In this document: positions 8,348-18,180 of the stretch, piece by piece | Numbering within the stretch: the first letter of the stretch is position 1 | How the letters are laid out: every line of letters begins with the position of its first letter | Assembly (NCBI GenBank): GCA_021814165.1 | Contig: JAKAIX010000001.1 | Coordinates: 216,369 to 280,368 of the forward strand | Origin: a bacterium | Lineage (GTDB): Bacteria > Patescibacteriota > Minisyncoccia > UBA6257 > GWB1-50-10 | Direction: 5' to 3' | Length of the DNA: 64,000 bases | The notes under the pieces: model-generated | What the model was told of the DNA's origin: nothing | Databases searched by the model: none | What the model saw: only the letters and a program-made list of their open reading frames with translations | Translations under genes and position numbers: made by a program

Positions 8348-9571
8348 TCACTCGTACCGGAGCGCTTCGATCGGATTCAGCCCCGCAGCGCGCCGCGCGG
8401 GATAGTATCCGAATATAATGCCGATAATCGCGGATACTCCGAAGGCAAGCAGGATGGATGACGAAGAAATCTGCGTCGCGATCCCGGTGAACTGGGTGAC
8501 CGCGAACGAGATAAGCCATCCGAACAGCACGCCGATGACGCCTCCGGAAAATGTGAGCATTACCGACTCGGCGAGAAACTGGATGCTAATGTCTTTTCTC
8601 TTCGCTCCGATGGCTTTTCGAAGACCGATTTCTCTCGTGCGCTCGGTAACCGTGGTAAGCATCATGTTCATGATGCCGATCCCGCCCACAAGAAGCGAGA
8701 TCCCCGCTATCGCGGCAAGAAGCATGGTAAAGGTATTGGTGATCGAAGAGGCGGTCGCTACGATGTCCGCCTGATTCAGCACGTTGAAGTCGGCAAGCTG
8801 CGGATCCGAGATATGATGCCGATCGAGAAGAAGACTCGTCACTTCCTCCTGCGCGGCGGTCATGGAATTCTGATCCTGTACCTGGATGCTTATCGTCGTC
8901 ACGTAATCGTCGCCCGCAAGGAGTTTCTGGGCGGTTTTTAGCGGGATAAATATCATATCGTCCTGATTGCCGAATCCGGTTCCTCCTTTTGATTTCGTAA
9001 TGCCTACCACCTTGAAATCGATGCCGTTTATCTTTATCGTTTCTCCTATCGGATCACTCCCTTCCCCGAAAAGATCGTCGCGAGTCGTCGGCCCCAGGAC
9101 CGCAACTCTCGCAAGACTCAAAACGTTCTGATCGGTGATGAACGATCCCTGGTCTATTTCCACGTTGCGGACTTGAGAGTAACTTGCGACGGTCCCCACC
9201 ACCTGGGTATTCGTATTGGTTCCCCGCGCGACAATCTGGTAACGCCTCGAGATTTCAGGAGCGATGGCACGAGCCAACGTGATTTGCTTTATGATCGCAT
9301 CCGCGTCGTCCTGCGTAAGCGTCTGTGCCGACCCCCTGCCCGAACTTACCTGGTATCCGGGACCGCGCTGAGCGCCCGGCATTACGAGAAGCAAGTTCGA
9401 TCCGATCGACTGGATACTGGACTCGATCGAACCCTGCGCACCCTGTCCGATCGAAACCATCGCGATCACGGAACCGATGCCGATCACGATTCCGAGAATG
9501 GTGAGCCCCGAACGCACCTTGTTCACGGTGAGCGATGAATACGTTTCTTCAAAGAGATCCCGAATCGTCAT
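8348..9571 (-). CDS. ABC transporter permease, MacB/FtsX-type (4 TM, large periplasmic loop)
   Basis: 407 aa. N-terminal TM, MacB-like periplasmic domain, FtsX C-terminal module, ending ...NPIEALRYE. Overlaps the upstream ATPase gene by 4 nt. Confidence 0.85.
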   Translation of the reverse strand: MTIRDLFEETYSSLTVNKVRSGLTILGIVIGIGSVIAMVSIGQGAQGSIESSIQSIGSNLLLVMPGAQRGPGYQVSSGRGSAQTLTQDDADAIIKQITLARAIAPEISRRYQIVARGTNTNTQVVGTVASYSQVRNVEIDQGSFITDQNVLSLARVAVLGPTTRDDLFGEGSDPIGETIKINGIDFKVVGITKSKGGTGFGNQDDMIFIPLKTAQKLLAGDDYVTTISIQVQDQNSMTAAQEEVTSLLLDRHHISDPQLADFNVLNQADIVATASSITNTFTMLLAAIAGISLLVGGIGIMNMMLTTVTERTREIGLRKAIGAKRKDISIQFLAESVMLTFSGGVIGVLFGWLISFAVTQFTGIATQISSSSILLAFGVSAIIGIIFGYYPARRAAGLNPIEALRYE

Positions 9572-10287
9572 GAGGAGAAGTGAGCGGCATGCGCGAGCCG
9601 CTTTTTGTGGTTTCGTATATCTTCGAGTATGGAACCGTCCTGGATATGAATGATTCTGTCCGCGTGTTCCGCGACATAAAGTTCGTGGGTGATGAGGACG
9701 ATGGTATGGCGATGGGCGCGGTTCAGTTCCTGGAACGTCCCCAAAACAACCTCGCCCGTTTTGGTATCAAGGTTTCCCGTAGGTTCGTCGGCGAGAATGA
9801 GCGCGGGGTCATTCACGAGCGCGCGGGCAATAGCCACGCGCTGCATCTGGCCTCCTGAAAGCTGGTTCGAAAGATGATGCCAGCGATCTTCCTGAAGCCC
9901 AGCGGCGAGAAGCGCTTTCTCCGCCCCTGAACGCCGTTTTCCCGGAGAAATTCCCGCGTACACAAGAGGAAGCATCACGTTTCTCAACACCGTCGCGCGG
10001 GAGAGGAGATTGAAAGATTGAAACACAAACCCGATTTTGTCTCTTCTCACATCGGCGAGCTCGTCATCGGAAAGTTTCGACACGTCATGACCGTCAAGCC
10101 GATACGTCCCCGAAGTGGGGGTATCGAGCGCGCCGAGAATATGCATTAAGGTCGACTTTCCCGATCCCGAGGGTCCCATGATCGCGACAAACTCTCCGTG
10201 CTTCACCTCGAAAGAAACCGCCTTCAACACGGGGGTTTCCACGTCTCCGTTCACATACACCTTCGAGATAGCTTCGCATTTTATCAT
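9568..10287 (-). CDS. ABC transporter ATP-binding protein (MacB ATPase-type)
   Basis: Walker [10 protein letters not shown], signature [14 protein letters not shown], Walker [12 protein letters not shown]. Confidence 0.9.
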   Translation of the reverse strand: MIKCEAISKVYVNGDVETPVLKAVSFEVKHGEFVAIMGPSGSGKSTLMHILGALDTPTSGTYRLDGHDVSKLSDDELADVRRDKIGFVFQSFNLLSRATVLRNVMLPLVYAGISPGKRRSGAEKALLAAGLQEDRWHHLSNQLSGGQMQRVAIARALVNDPALILADEPTGNLDTKTGEVVLGTFQELNRAHRHTIVLITHELYVAEHADRIIHIQDGSILEDIRNHKKRLAHAAHFSS

Positions 10288-10296
10288 AATGGGCGA

Positions 10297-12012
10297 TCAG
10301 CGTACGCCGGGGATCCGTATGCCTCCTATGGAGCTGTTGGTTGATTTCGCCGCCGTCGTGGCGGAAGTGATTGTTTGCGTGACTACATTATCTCCTTCAC
10401 TCAATCCCGACACGATTTCCGTCATGGTGTCGCTTGAAGAACCGATGGTAACCTGCCGTTCCGACGGAATACCGTTCGATTCCATCACTTGTACGGTCGA
10501 TACGCCCTGTTTCGTGGAGACGGCGGCATTGGGCACAAGAAGCACATCCGGTTTCGTTTGGGTAATGATCGATACGGAGTCGCTCATGCCCGATTTCACA
10601 AGCGGATTCGGAAGATCAAGCGCAATCTTCACGTTATAACTCACGACTCCCTGCGAGACCGTGCCTAATGCATCAACCTCCGATACTTTTCCGGTAAGCG
10701 TGAGATCGGGCAGCGCGTCGAAAGTGACCGTCGCTTGTTGCCCCACCTGTACGTGCACCACATCGATCTCGTTGAATGTCGCCTGAGCGATCTGAGTGTC
10801 GCTTATGAGCGTCGCAAGCGTTCCCGAGGCGGGTTGTCCCACTTTCGCCGTGATATTGGTGACAATACCCTTGAACGGGGCGCGCACATAATCGTTCCCG
10901 AGGTTTTCCTTCGCATCCGAGAGCGCATTCTGCGCCTGAGTGACGGTAAGTTCCTGCTGTGCAATCTGAAGCTCGGTCGCGCCCGCCTTTAATTGATCCA
11001 AAGAAGCGGAGGTTTGCCCGATCGAAAGACTTGCCGTTTCTATCCCCCGTTCATCCGCTTGTATCGAGTTCTGAATCTGAAGAAGTGCAAGGAGATGATT
11101 GTTTACCGCCGTGATGTAGGATTGTATGTTCGTACGATCGATCGCAAGCTGAGCCGGAGCGGTAAGAATGGTATTTTGCTGGAATACGTTGTTCACGAAA
11201 TCAAGAAAATTTTTCGTATTGCCAAGCGCCGAGGAGACCGACTTTAGGGTCGCGGTTGTTTTTCCGAGAAGCGACTCGATCGTGGAAGTGCTTGAATAAA
11301 TGCTTGAGTTTTTGAAATCCACGACGGTCCCGTCATACGCGGTGACTGCCGCCGCATGACTTGAGACGGTGCTATCGTGGTATTGCGTCACGGTCGGATA
11401 CGAAACTCTGATTGCATCGGTATAGACGTCGATGTCCGCCTGGGTTCTGTTAATCGCGGTTCCGTAAAGCATCGAGTTCACTCCGGTCATTACGCCGGGG
11501 AGATCGATGAATGTGTTCGAGATATCGGTATATGCGGTGTTATAATCCGTGGCGAGATTATTCGTATTGGTCTCAAGCGACTGCTTTGCCTGAACAAGCG
11601 ACGCTTCCGCTTGTAATAAAGTCGAGGTCGCTGCGGGCGCGAGAAGTTCTTGGAGCGCGAGCTTCGCGTTATCAAGGCTTGCCTCGGCGTTCCGCACCGC
11701 CCGTTCGTCGTCCGTCGGATCAAGCTTGATAAGAACATCTCCCGCGTTGATTCTTTGGTTGTTCACGACGGGAATCGAGAGAACGGTACCGGAAACCTTC
11801 GCCTGCACGCTTACCTCGTTTAATGCCGACACCTGACCGCTTCCCGTAACCGAGACCACAAGCGTTCCTTTCTCCGCTTTTGCGGTCATGTATTGCGTCG
11901 CCGGCACCGCGCTCTTATTCGAGAAGAAGAGAAAATACCCCCCGAAAAGAAACACGGCAATAACACCTGTTACGATTTTGTGGCGAAGTACGGATTTCAG
12001 AATTTTTTTCAT
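10297..12012 (-). CDS. periplasmic adaptor / membrane fusion protein (HlyD/MacA-like) with long coiled-coil hairpin
   Basis: N-terminal TM, then a biotinyl-lipoyl-like segment (VSGTVLSIPVVNNQRINAGDVLIKLD). Long Ala/Gln/Leu-rich helical region and C-terminal beta-barrel. Sits upstream of the ABC ATPase and permease. Confidence 0.75.
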   Translation of the reverse strand: MKKILKSVLRHKIVTGVIAVFLFGGYFLFFSNKSAVPATQYMTAKAEKGTLVVSVTGSGQVSALNEVSVQAKVSGTVLSIPVVNNQRINAGDVLIKLDPTDDERAVRNAEASLDNAKLALQELLAPAATSTLLQAEASLVQAKQSLETNTNNLATDYNTAYTDISNTFIDLPGVMTGVNSMLYGTAINRTQADIDVYTDAIRVSYPTVTQYHDSTVSSHAAAVTAYDGTVVDFKNSSIYSSTSTIESLLGKTTATLKSVSSALGNTKNFLDFVNNVFQQNTILTAPAQLAIDRTNIQSYITAVNNHLLALLQIQNSIQADERGIETASLSIGQTSASLDQLKAGATELQIAQQELTVTQAQNALSDAKENLGNDYVRAPFKGIVTNITAKVGQPASGTLATLISDTQIAQATFNEIDVVHVQVGQQATVTFDALPDLTLTGKVSEVDALGTVSQGVVSYNVKIALDLPNPLVKSGMSDSVSIITQTKPDVLLVPNAAVSTKQGVSTVQVMESNGIPSERQVTIGSSSDTMTEIVSGLSEGDNVVTQTITSATTAAKSTNSSIGGIRIPGVR

Positions 12013-12020
12013 GAAGTGGA

Positions 12021-12467
12021 TTAGCGAAACACTCTTATGAAGCGGGCGCCGATCCTCCCCTCATCGTCGGGTGCGCCGATCACAAGTACCTGATCTCCCG
12101 CCTTGAGATCAGAAGAATGGAGCATGTCCTCGTTGCTTCGTATTGTCGTAGAAGAAGAAAATGTAACCATTCTCTCGGTTCCGTCGCGGCCGACAACTAT
12201 GAAATCTGAGGGAGTGATCTGGACGATTGAACCGACGGTTCCGTGCGCGCTCATCATAAAAGGCGGCTCGGGAGGAAACGCCGCTCCGCGGAATGACGGT
12301 CCTCCGAAATTACGATCGTAATTTTCACGCCACTTATACGAAAATGTCGCCTTGCGATATCCGACTGAAACTCCGACTGAAAAGGAGAGTAAGACAACGA
12401 CACACAGTCCGAGAATGATGAGAACCCACCGCGCTGTCTTGGATTGAAACATCTGGTTAATATTCAT
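12021..12467 (-). CDS. membrane-anchored DUF5666-like protein
   Basis: N-terminal TM helix. C-terminal beta domain (VGSIVQITPSDFIVVGRDGTERMVTFSSSTTIRS...DLKAGDQVLVIG) similar to the one in the ORF at 7848..8291. Confidence 0.45.
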   Translation of the reverse strand: MNINQMFQSKTARWVLIILGLCVVVLLSFSVGVSVGYRKATFSYKWRENYDRNFGGPSFRGAAFPPEPPFMMSAHGTVGSIVQITPSDFIVVGRDGTERMVTFSSSTTIRSNEDMLHSSDLKAGDQVLVIGAPDDEGRIGARFIRVFR

Positions 12468-12858
12468 GGGAATGCATACGTGTCTGTCTTACAAGCGAGA
12501 TCATTTTTGCAAAATAACGAACGGCATACCCCGCCGAAAGAATAAGCAGAAAAAGCACCGCGAAAACGCCAGCGAGAGAAACGGCGGGCGTCGATTCAAG
12601 CACCAACAGGCCGAAATCGCGCCAGTTCATAAGCACCGCTTCAGGATCGGAAAAAACAAGCGAGAGCGCTCGAAGCAGCTCCGATTGCACCAGAGCGCTC
12701 TGTAATAGAAAGCAAAACCCAACGAATGCGACTGTGGAAACTCCTGATGCAAGCGAAAACAGGATCGTTCTCCGGCGCAACGTCAGAAGCTTCTCCTCCG
12801 ACCTGATACGGTCGGTAATGCGTTTGAAAAGGCGATCTTTGATTCTCTTCCTGCCCAT
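12457..12858 (-). CDS. small membrane protein, putative anti-sigma factor (by position only)
   Basis: 133 aa with 2-3 predicted TM helices. Immediately downstream of, and overlapping, the ECF sigma factor gene. No recognisable motif. Confidence 0.35.
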   Translation of the reverse strand: MGRKRIKDRLFKRITDRIRSEEKLLTLRRRTILFSLASGVSTVAFVGFCFLLQSALVQSELLRALSLVFSDPEAVLMNWRDFGLLVLESTPAVSLAGVFAVLFLLILSAGYAVRYFAKMISLVRQTRMHSHEY

Positions 12859-12913
12859 ATTTATACTACGGGCGGGAAGTCATGTTTGGTGCAACGCCAA
12901 GTTATCCACAATT

Positions 12914-13492
12914 CTATCGAGGCCCGGCCTCGATAGATTGGAGTTTCTCTTTTACGAACCTGATTGCTCTCCGATAGCGGCTCTTCACGGTATGTAACGG
13001 CTCCTTGAGAATGCTCGCGATTTCTTTGAACGTGAGCTCATCCTCATGATGCATCAATACCACCTCCGAATGCCGCTTCGGAAGCTCGGAGAGAACGCGC
13101 TTTGCCCTGGAGGCTGTCTCTTTGGCATCGAGAAATTCTTCGAGCGACAAGCGATCGTCCGGCGCGGGAAAATCGACTTCTCCATCTTCATTTCCGAAAA
13201 AAGAGAACGGCGTCGCTTCTTTTTTCCGAAGCCAATCGAGCGCGGTGTTTTTGGCGATCGCGAAGATCCACGGCTTGAAGGCCTTTTTCGTATCAAACGT
13301 GCCGATATTCTTCCACGCCTTTACGAATACCTCCTGCGTGATGTCCGCCGCGCGATCAGGATCTCCGCTGTAACGTCTGGAAAACGCGTAGATCGAGGAA
13401 CAATGCCGGCGCACAAGATCGTCAAATGCCGTCTTATCCCCTTTTCGATACCGCTCCACAAGCATCCCGTCCGTTGTCCGTCTCCAATCCAT
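12914..13492 (-). CDS. RNA polymerase sigma-70 factor, ECF subfamily
   Basis: Region 2 (DITQEVFVKAWKNIGTFD...FKPWIFAIAKNTALDWLRKK) and region 4 (LPKRHSEVVLMHHEDELTFKEIASILKEPLHTVKSRYRRA). Confidence 0.85.
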   Translation of the reverse strand: MDWRRTTDGMLVERYRKGDKTAFDDLVRRHCSSIYAFSRRYSGDPDRAADITQEVFVKAWKNIGTFDTKKAFKPWIFAIAKNTALDWLRKKEATPFSFFGNEDGEVDFPAPDDRLSLEEFLDAKETASRAKRVLSELPKRHSEVVLMHHEDELTFKEIASILKEPLHTVKSRYRRAIRFVKEKLQSIEAGPR

Positions 13493-13493
13493 A

Positions 13494-14111
13494 TTATTTA
13501 CTTCTTGATTGTATACGCTTCAAAAACCAGTATGCAAGGAGGAAGAGTAGGACTGCGATGAGACAATAACTCACGATCTTTGCATAAGGGGTAATCTGGC
13601 GCCAATCGCTCCCCAGCATCTGCCCTCCCCACGCCAGAAGAAAAGACCACAAGAACGATCCGATAAAACAAGTTACGGTGAAAACCCAGAAGTTCGCCTT
13701 GGCAATCCCGGCGGGGATTGAAATATAAGTGCGAACAACGGGCACGATCCTTCCTATAAAAAGCGAGGAAATGCCATGTTCGCTGAAGAACTTGTCCGCA
13801 GCGGCCAAGCTTCTGCGCGAGATGAAAATATATTTCCCATACTTCTCGACGAGCGGACGCCCTCCGTAGCGGGCTATCACGTACACGATAATTGATCCCA
13901 GCGTTGAACCCACGGCGCCCGCAAGTGAAACTCCAAAAATGGAAAATCTCCCCGCCGCAACAAGATAGCCGGCAAAGGGCATGATAAGCTCCGAAGGAAG
14001 CGGGGTTGCCGCCGACTCTAAGGTCATAAGTACCACGATCCCAAAATAGCCCAGCGCGCTTATTGTCGCGCTCACAAATGAAATGAGGGATCCGACCACA
14101 GAATAGATCAC
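13494..14111 (-). CDS. DedA/SNARE-associated (TVP38/TMEM64) family membrane protein
   Basis: 205 aa, multi-TM. Conserved core LMTLESAATPLPSELIMPFAGYL...GRIVPVVRTYISIPAG is typical of DedA. Confidence 0.8.
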   Translation of the reverse strand: MIYSVVGSLISFVSATISALGYFGIVVLMTLESAATPLPSELIMPFAGYLVAAGRFSIFGVSLAGAVGSTLGSIIVYVIARYGGRPLVEKYGKYIFISRRSLAAADKFFSEHGISSLFIGRIVPVVRTYISIPAGIAKANFWVFTVTCFIGSFLWSFLLAWGGQMLGSDWRQITPYAKIVSYCLIAVLLFLLAYWFLKRIQSRSK

Positions 14112-14214
14112 TCCTTCATTCTAGCGGATTCTGCGCTTCTTGTTGAATTCAATAGAAGCACCCGGCTACGCGAAACGGACAAGTCACCGGGGAGTCTGAT
14201 CTTCGCGGTTTAGA

Positions 14215-14256
14215 AAACAAAAAAACCCTCGCCTGAATGATGAGATGAGGGTTTTA
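14215..14256 (-). terminator. rho-independent terminator downstream of the 14254..14862 gene
   Basis: AAACCCTC...GAGGGTTT hairpin followed on the minus strand by TTTTTTTGTTTT. Confidence 0.5.
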
Positions 14257-14862
14257 GGCATTTTGCTTTCTATTCCTTCGCTCATACTTATGCATGAGCG
14301 TAAGAAGAAAGGATGTCGACAAGAGCGAACGAACTGAATATATCACGGCAAGCACCTCCCCGCTCCCTATGGAAAGGTAGAGGGATAAGATACTGTTCGC
14401 CAAGCTGCAATACCAAATAGAGAGCGGCTCGGTGTTCTTTTTCTCTCTCGCCATTCTGCGAACGGTCGGGACATAAGCGGCGATTAAAAGAGATTGAGCC
14501 ACTACGTTCATCCCAACCGAATTTTTGGTGAGCACCCAGAAAGACACCGCTCCCAGGATCACGCCGATATAGTACTTTTCAAACGAATCAAGTACTATCT
14601 TGTTTCCATCTCTTCTTATAATTCCCACGGAGACGGAAATGCACATCGCCATATCGGCTATCCCGAATGCCGCAGCTTCCCAGTTCCACGATGATTCAAA
14701 AAGAAGACTCACCGTACTAAGTGACACCGCGAGAGCGAACAAGAACCACATTGCGAGCGCCGGGTTCACCTCCTTCTTCTCCTCACGCTTTAAGATCGTG
14801 GTATATCTTTTTGCGTTAAGGAGAGACAGGAAGACGATGATGGAAATTACCATGGCCTTCAC
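14254..14862 (-). CDS. hypothetical integral membrane protein
   Basis: 202 aa with 5-6 predicted TM helices. No recognisable motif. Confidence 0.5.
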   Translation of the reverse strand: MKAMVISIIVFLSLLNAKRYTTILKREEKKEVNPALAMWFLFALAVSLSTVSLLFESSWNWEAAAFGIADMAMCISVSVGIIRRDGNKIVLDSFEKYYIGVILGAVSFWVLTKNSVGMNVVAQSLLIAAYVPTVRRMAREKKNTEPLSIWYCSLANSILSLYLSIGSGEVLAVIYSVRSLLSTSFLLTLMHKYERRNRKQNA

Positions 14863-15127
14863 GAGGCCTCCTTCCGTTTGTTATTAAATAATAAATGAGC
14901 CGAAACCTGAGATTACACAATAAAACTTTTCTTCGTTTATGTCAATAAATAGTATCGGGATTTGATTCTCGATAAAGTAAGTCCTACGTCGTCCGCCGGA
15001 GAGGCGGACTCCTCAGGATGATTGATTTTCTAAGCTCGTTCCTCGCTAAGAAAATCTAATCAGCCACGGCCTCGATAATTTTGTGGATAATCCCCACGCC
15101 GCTGAAAAGAGTGCTGTTTGGTGGGTT

Positions 15128-16228
15128 TTATCGGGAGATAAAATGCTTCGAAAGACGCGCGCCCGATTGGACGGAGTAGTTTGATCTTCCCGATACATCA
15201 TAGAGCATGTCGGGGATATCCATCATGCGCTCGAATTTAATCTTCGCAATCGCCTGCTTTCCCCTCACAATCATGTCCTCAAAAGGACGAACCTCGAGCG
15301 TAAGAGATCTTCCCTTTTCTTCTCCTCCTTTCCCGCACCCCCATCCCGGATCGATAAAGCCGGCGTAGTGAGATCGAAACTCTCCGCTCCGCTCATCCAT
15401 GGGCACCATTTCGCACGCAAGGTACGGAGGAATCCTCACCGCTTCTTTCGAAGAAAGAATATAAAATCCTCCTTTTTTGAGACGCACGAAGTCACCCTCC
15501 CGTTTCACTTGTTTAAAAAACTTACCGGGCTCATAGTGATTTATCTTCGAAAAATCCACCGCCTCGGAAACTCCGAAACATTCATATCCGAGCGGATCCT
15601 GCTCGATATCGAGGCGAAGGATAACCGAGCCGTCCCCGTCCTTTATTTTGAGACGACTATAGGTAATAACCTCGCCGTGCGAATCGAAGAGCAGATTATC
15701 CTTCTGCATCGTCATCTCGAGTTCAAGTTCACTGAGCCGGGTGTCATGATTGAAGAATCTCAGCTGTACGAGCGTGGTTCCCTGCTGTACCCGTATCGGG
15801 TATGAGTTTGGCTGTATCGCAAGCCACACTTCCCCCTTATACCCTTCCGGAATCATGTCATACCGCGAAACACCGTCCGCGAGCACGCGTACATGCACGT
15901 CGTTCCTCCCCGTCGAGCTCTTCGGATTGCAATATCCATACACATGCCCGGGAAATGCGAGTGTCTCATTAAGGCGCGCGAGGTAGGTTACGTCCTTCTC
16001 GAGGATGTCTCCAAACACGTGCGGAGCATGGGGCATCTGCTGAAGCAGTTCACGAACCTTCTCCCCCGGTCGCGGGAGAAATACCCCCTCCACCCGATAC
16101 ATCTCATCGGAAAGTGAAAGATCAAGAGACGCCGGATTCACGTTCGCGGCGCTCGCACCGCTTACAAACCCCCCCTCCATCATTTCCCGTATCATCTGTG
16201 ACGGGAGCACACCGAACTTTTTTGCCAT
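15128..16228 (-). CDS. 2'-deoxycytidine 5'-triphosphate deaminase-like protein (tandem-duplicated dUTPase/dCTP-deaminase fold, DCD family-like)
   Basis: 366 aa. The C-terminal half has the dCTP deaminase/dUTPase motif HYAGFIDPGWGCG. The N-terminal half carries a degenerate copy. The overall length matches the long DCD family. Confidence 0.55.
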   Translation of the reverse strand: MAKKFGVLPSQMIREMMEGGFVSGASAANVNPASLDLSLSDEMYRVEGVFLPRPGEKVRELLQQMPHAPHVFGDILEKDVTYLARLNETLAFPGHVYGYCNPKSSTGRNDVHVRVLADGVSRYDMIPEGYKGEVWLAIQPNSYPIRVQQGTTLVQLRFFNHDTRLSELELEMTMQKDNLLFDSHGEVITYSRLKIKDGDGSVILRLDIEQDPLGYECFGVSEAVDFSKINHYEPGKFFKQVKREGDFVRLKKGGFYILSSKEAVRIPPYLACEMVPMDERSGEFRSHYAGFIDPGWGCGKGGEEKGRSLTLEVRPFEDMIVRGKQAIAKIKFERMMDIPDMLYDVSGRSNYSVQSGARLSKHFISR

Positions 16229-16391
16229 AGGTTCTTGATTTTAGTAGCAAGTATACAGCATCAAGTAGCAAGTATCAAAACACACTCGCATACTTAATAC
16301 TTTCTACTTAATACTAGATATTCCGCAAGAGAAAAACACTTTACCAAGGCAAGGTGGATACCAATAAGTAAAACACCTACAATGTCTCTAT

Positions 16392-17354
16392 ATGCTTATT
16401 GATGACGTCACCATCGAGGTAATCGCCGGAAACGGAGGGAAGGGCGCGGTTGCGTTCGATAAAAATCTCGGCGCCAAGGGACCCGCCGGAGGGAAAGGCG
16501 GAAACGGAGGAAGTGTATATGCCGAGGGAATTTCCGACTTAAGCGGTTTAAATCAGTTTAGGTTTAAGAAAGAGATCCGCGCGGAAGACGGTCAGGACGG
16601 ACGATCCCAATTCCGCGACGGCGTCACGGGAAAGGATTTAATATTCAAAGTTCCCGTGGGAACGGTACTTCATAACCTGACGAGCGGGACGGATATCGAG
16701 ATTACGAGAATCGGCGAACAGGTGCTCATAGCAAAGGGCGGACACGGGGGAAAAGGCAACTTTCACTTCCGATCCCCCATAAATACCAGTCCGAAAGAGT
16801 TCCAAGAAGGTACTCCCGGAGAACGCTTTACCGTCCGGCTAGAGCTTAAGATGATCGCGGATGTTGGATTTATCGGCCTTCCAAACGTGGGGAAATCAAG
16901 TTTATTAAACGAACTTACGAATGCAAAAGCGAAGGTGGCAAACTACCAGTTTACGACGCTTGAGCCGAACCTCGGCGTATACTACGAACTGATTCTCGCG
17001 GACATTCCCGGACTCATCGAAGGGGCGTCGGGCGGGAAGGGGCTCGGCATCAAGTTTCTCCGGCATATCGAACGAACGAAGATTCTTTTTCATCTCATCT
17101 CCGCGGAATCGGAACATCCGGAATCCGACTATAAGACCGTGAGGAACGAACTCAAAAAATATAGTGCGGCTCTCGCAAAAAAGAAGGAATATGTATTTTT
17201 CACTAAAATGGATATGATTGACGAAAAAGAGTTAAAGAAAAAGATGGCGATATTAAAAAAGATGAAACTCTCCCCTATCTCTATTTCCGTCTATGACGAC
17301 GAGAGCTTAAAGCGGGTGAAAAAAATCCTGAATGAGATTCAAAAGGAAAAATAA
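16392..17354 (+). CDS. obg: GTPase Obg/CgtA
   Basis: Gly-rich Obg fold (GGKGGNGGSVYAEG...AKGGHGGKGN) followed by the G domain (GLPNVGKSSLLNELTNAK, DIPGLIEGAS). Confidence 0.9.
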   Translation: MLIDDVTIEVIAGNGGKGAVAFDKNLGAKGPAGGKGGNGGSVYAEGISDLSGLNQFRFKKEIRAEDGQDGRSQFRDGVTGKDLIFKVPVGTVLHNLTSGTDIEITRIGEQVLIAKGGHGGKGNFHFRSPINTSPKEFQEGTPGERFTVRLELKMIADVGFIGLPNVGKSSLLNELTNAKAKVANYQFTTLEPNLGVYYELILADIPGLIEGASGGKGLGIKFLRHIERTKILFHLISAESEHPESDYKTVRNELKKYSAALAKKKEYVFFTKMDMIDEKELKKKMAILKKMKLSPISISVYDDESLKRVKKILNEIQKEK

Positions 17355-17357
17355 AAG

Positions 17358-17392
17358 TACCATCCAGAATGTTTCGGATGGTACTTTATAAA
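17358..17392. terminator. bidirectional hairpin terminator between convergent obg and histidine kinase genes
   Basis: AAAGTACCATCC-AGAATGTTTC-GGATGGTACTTT perfect 12-bp stem flanked by A/T runs. Confidence 0.55.
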
Positions 17393-17398
17393 ACTTCA

Positions 17399-18106
17399 CT
17401 AATCAGACAAGAGTTTCGGGAAGGTAATACAGAAAATGGCACCTTCTCCTTCTATGCTCTCGACCGAGATACTGCCGCCTTCTCGGTCTAAGAACCACTT
17501 AGCGAGGGTAAGGCCTTTCCCTCTTCCTGTTTCGCCAGCTGTGCCGGGGACGCTCTCGCCGAAGGTGAAAAGCGCTTTTATCTTATCTTCCGAAATTCCC
17601 ACTCCAGAGTCAGCGATGCTGATTCGGACTTCCTTCTCATCCTGGATTGCAACAACTGTTATAGCTCCTTCAACTTTGGTGTATTTGACAGCGTTAGAGA
17701 GTAGATTTCTGAAAACAAACTCCATCGTTCTCTTGTGAGCATATAGAAGTCCACTTCCGTGAGCATTGACGGAAATCCATTTCTTCTCTATCTCATCTCT
17801 GAATTTTCGCACCTCGTCCGTTACAAGCCCATCAAGAGAAATCATTTCTTTGTGATGCGCCCCATCTAGAAGCTCATCACTCCAAGATGAAAACTCATCA
17901 AGAAGCTCTACCGATCTCTTTATGCCGCTGTATGCCTTCTGCAGGAAGGTTTTTTTCTCTTCCTGAGAGAAAGCGTTGAAATCCCCCGCCAACATGCTTA
18001 CGAAACCAAAAGCGTTGTTGATAGGGTTTCTGAGATCGTGAAACGTGGAACGGAATACTGTCGCCCACATCTCGTCGTTCTCCTGCAATTCTTTTGACTT
18101 TTCCAA
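17399..18106 (-). CDS. soluble histidine kinase (HisKA + HATPase_c only)
   Basis: H-box FHDLRNPINN, N-box NLLSNAVKYT, G-boxes DSGVGI and GTGKGLTLAK. No TM segments. Confidence 0.8.
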   Translation of the reverse strand: MEKSKELQENDEMWATVFRSTFHDLRNPINNAFGFVSMLAGDFNAFSQEEKKTFLQKAYSGIKRSVELLDEFSSWSDELLDGAHHKEMISLDGLVTDEVRKFRDEIEKKWISVNAHGSGLLYAHKRTMEFVFRNLLSNAVKYTKVEGAITVVAIQDEKEVRISIADSGVGISEDKIKALFTFGESVPGTAGETGRGKGLTLAKWFLDREGGSISVESIEGEGAIFCITFPKLLSD

Positions 18107-18180
18107 AGTCCCTCCTGTGAAATTGATAAATCAGTAAAAAGTTATTTAAATGCTTCAGTCAATACTATAATTAAAAATTA

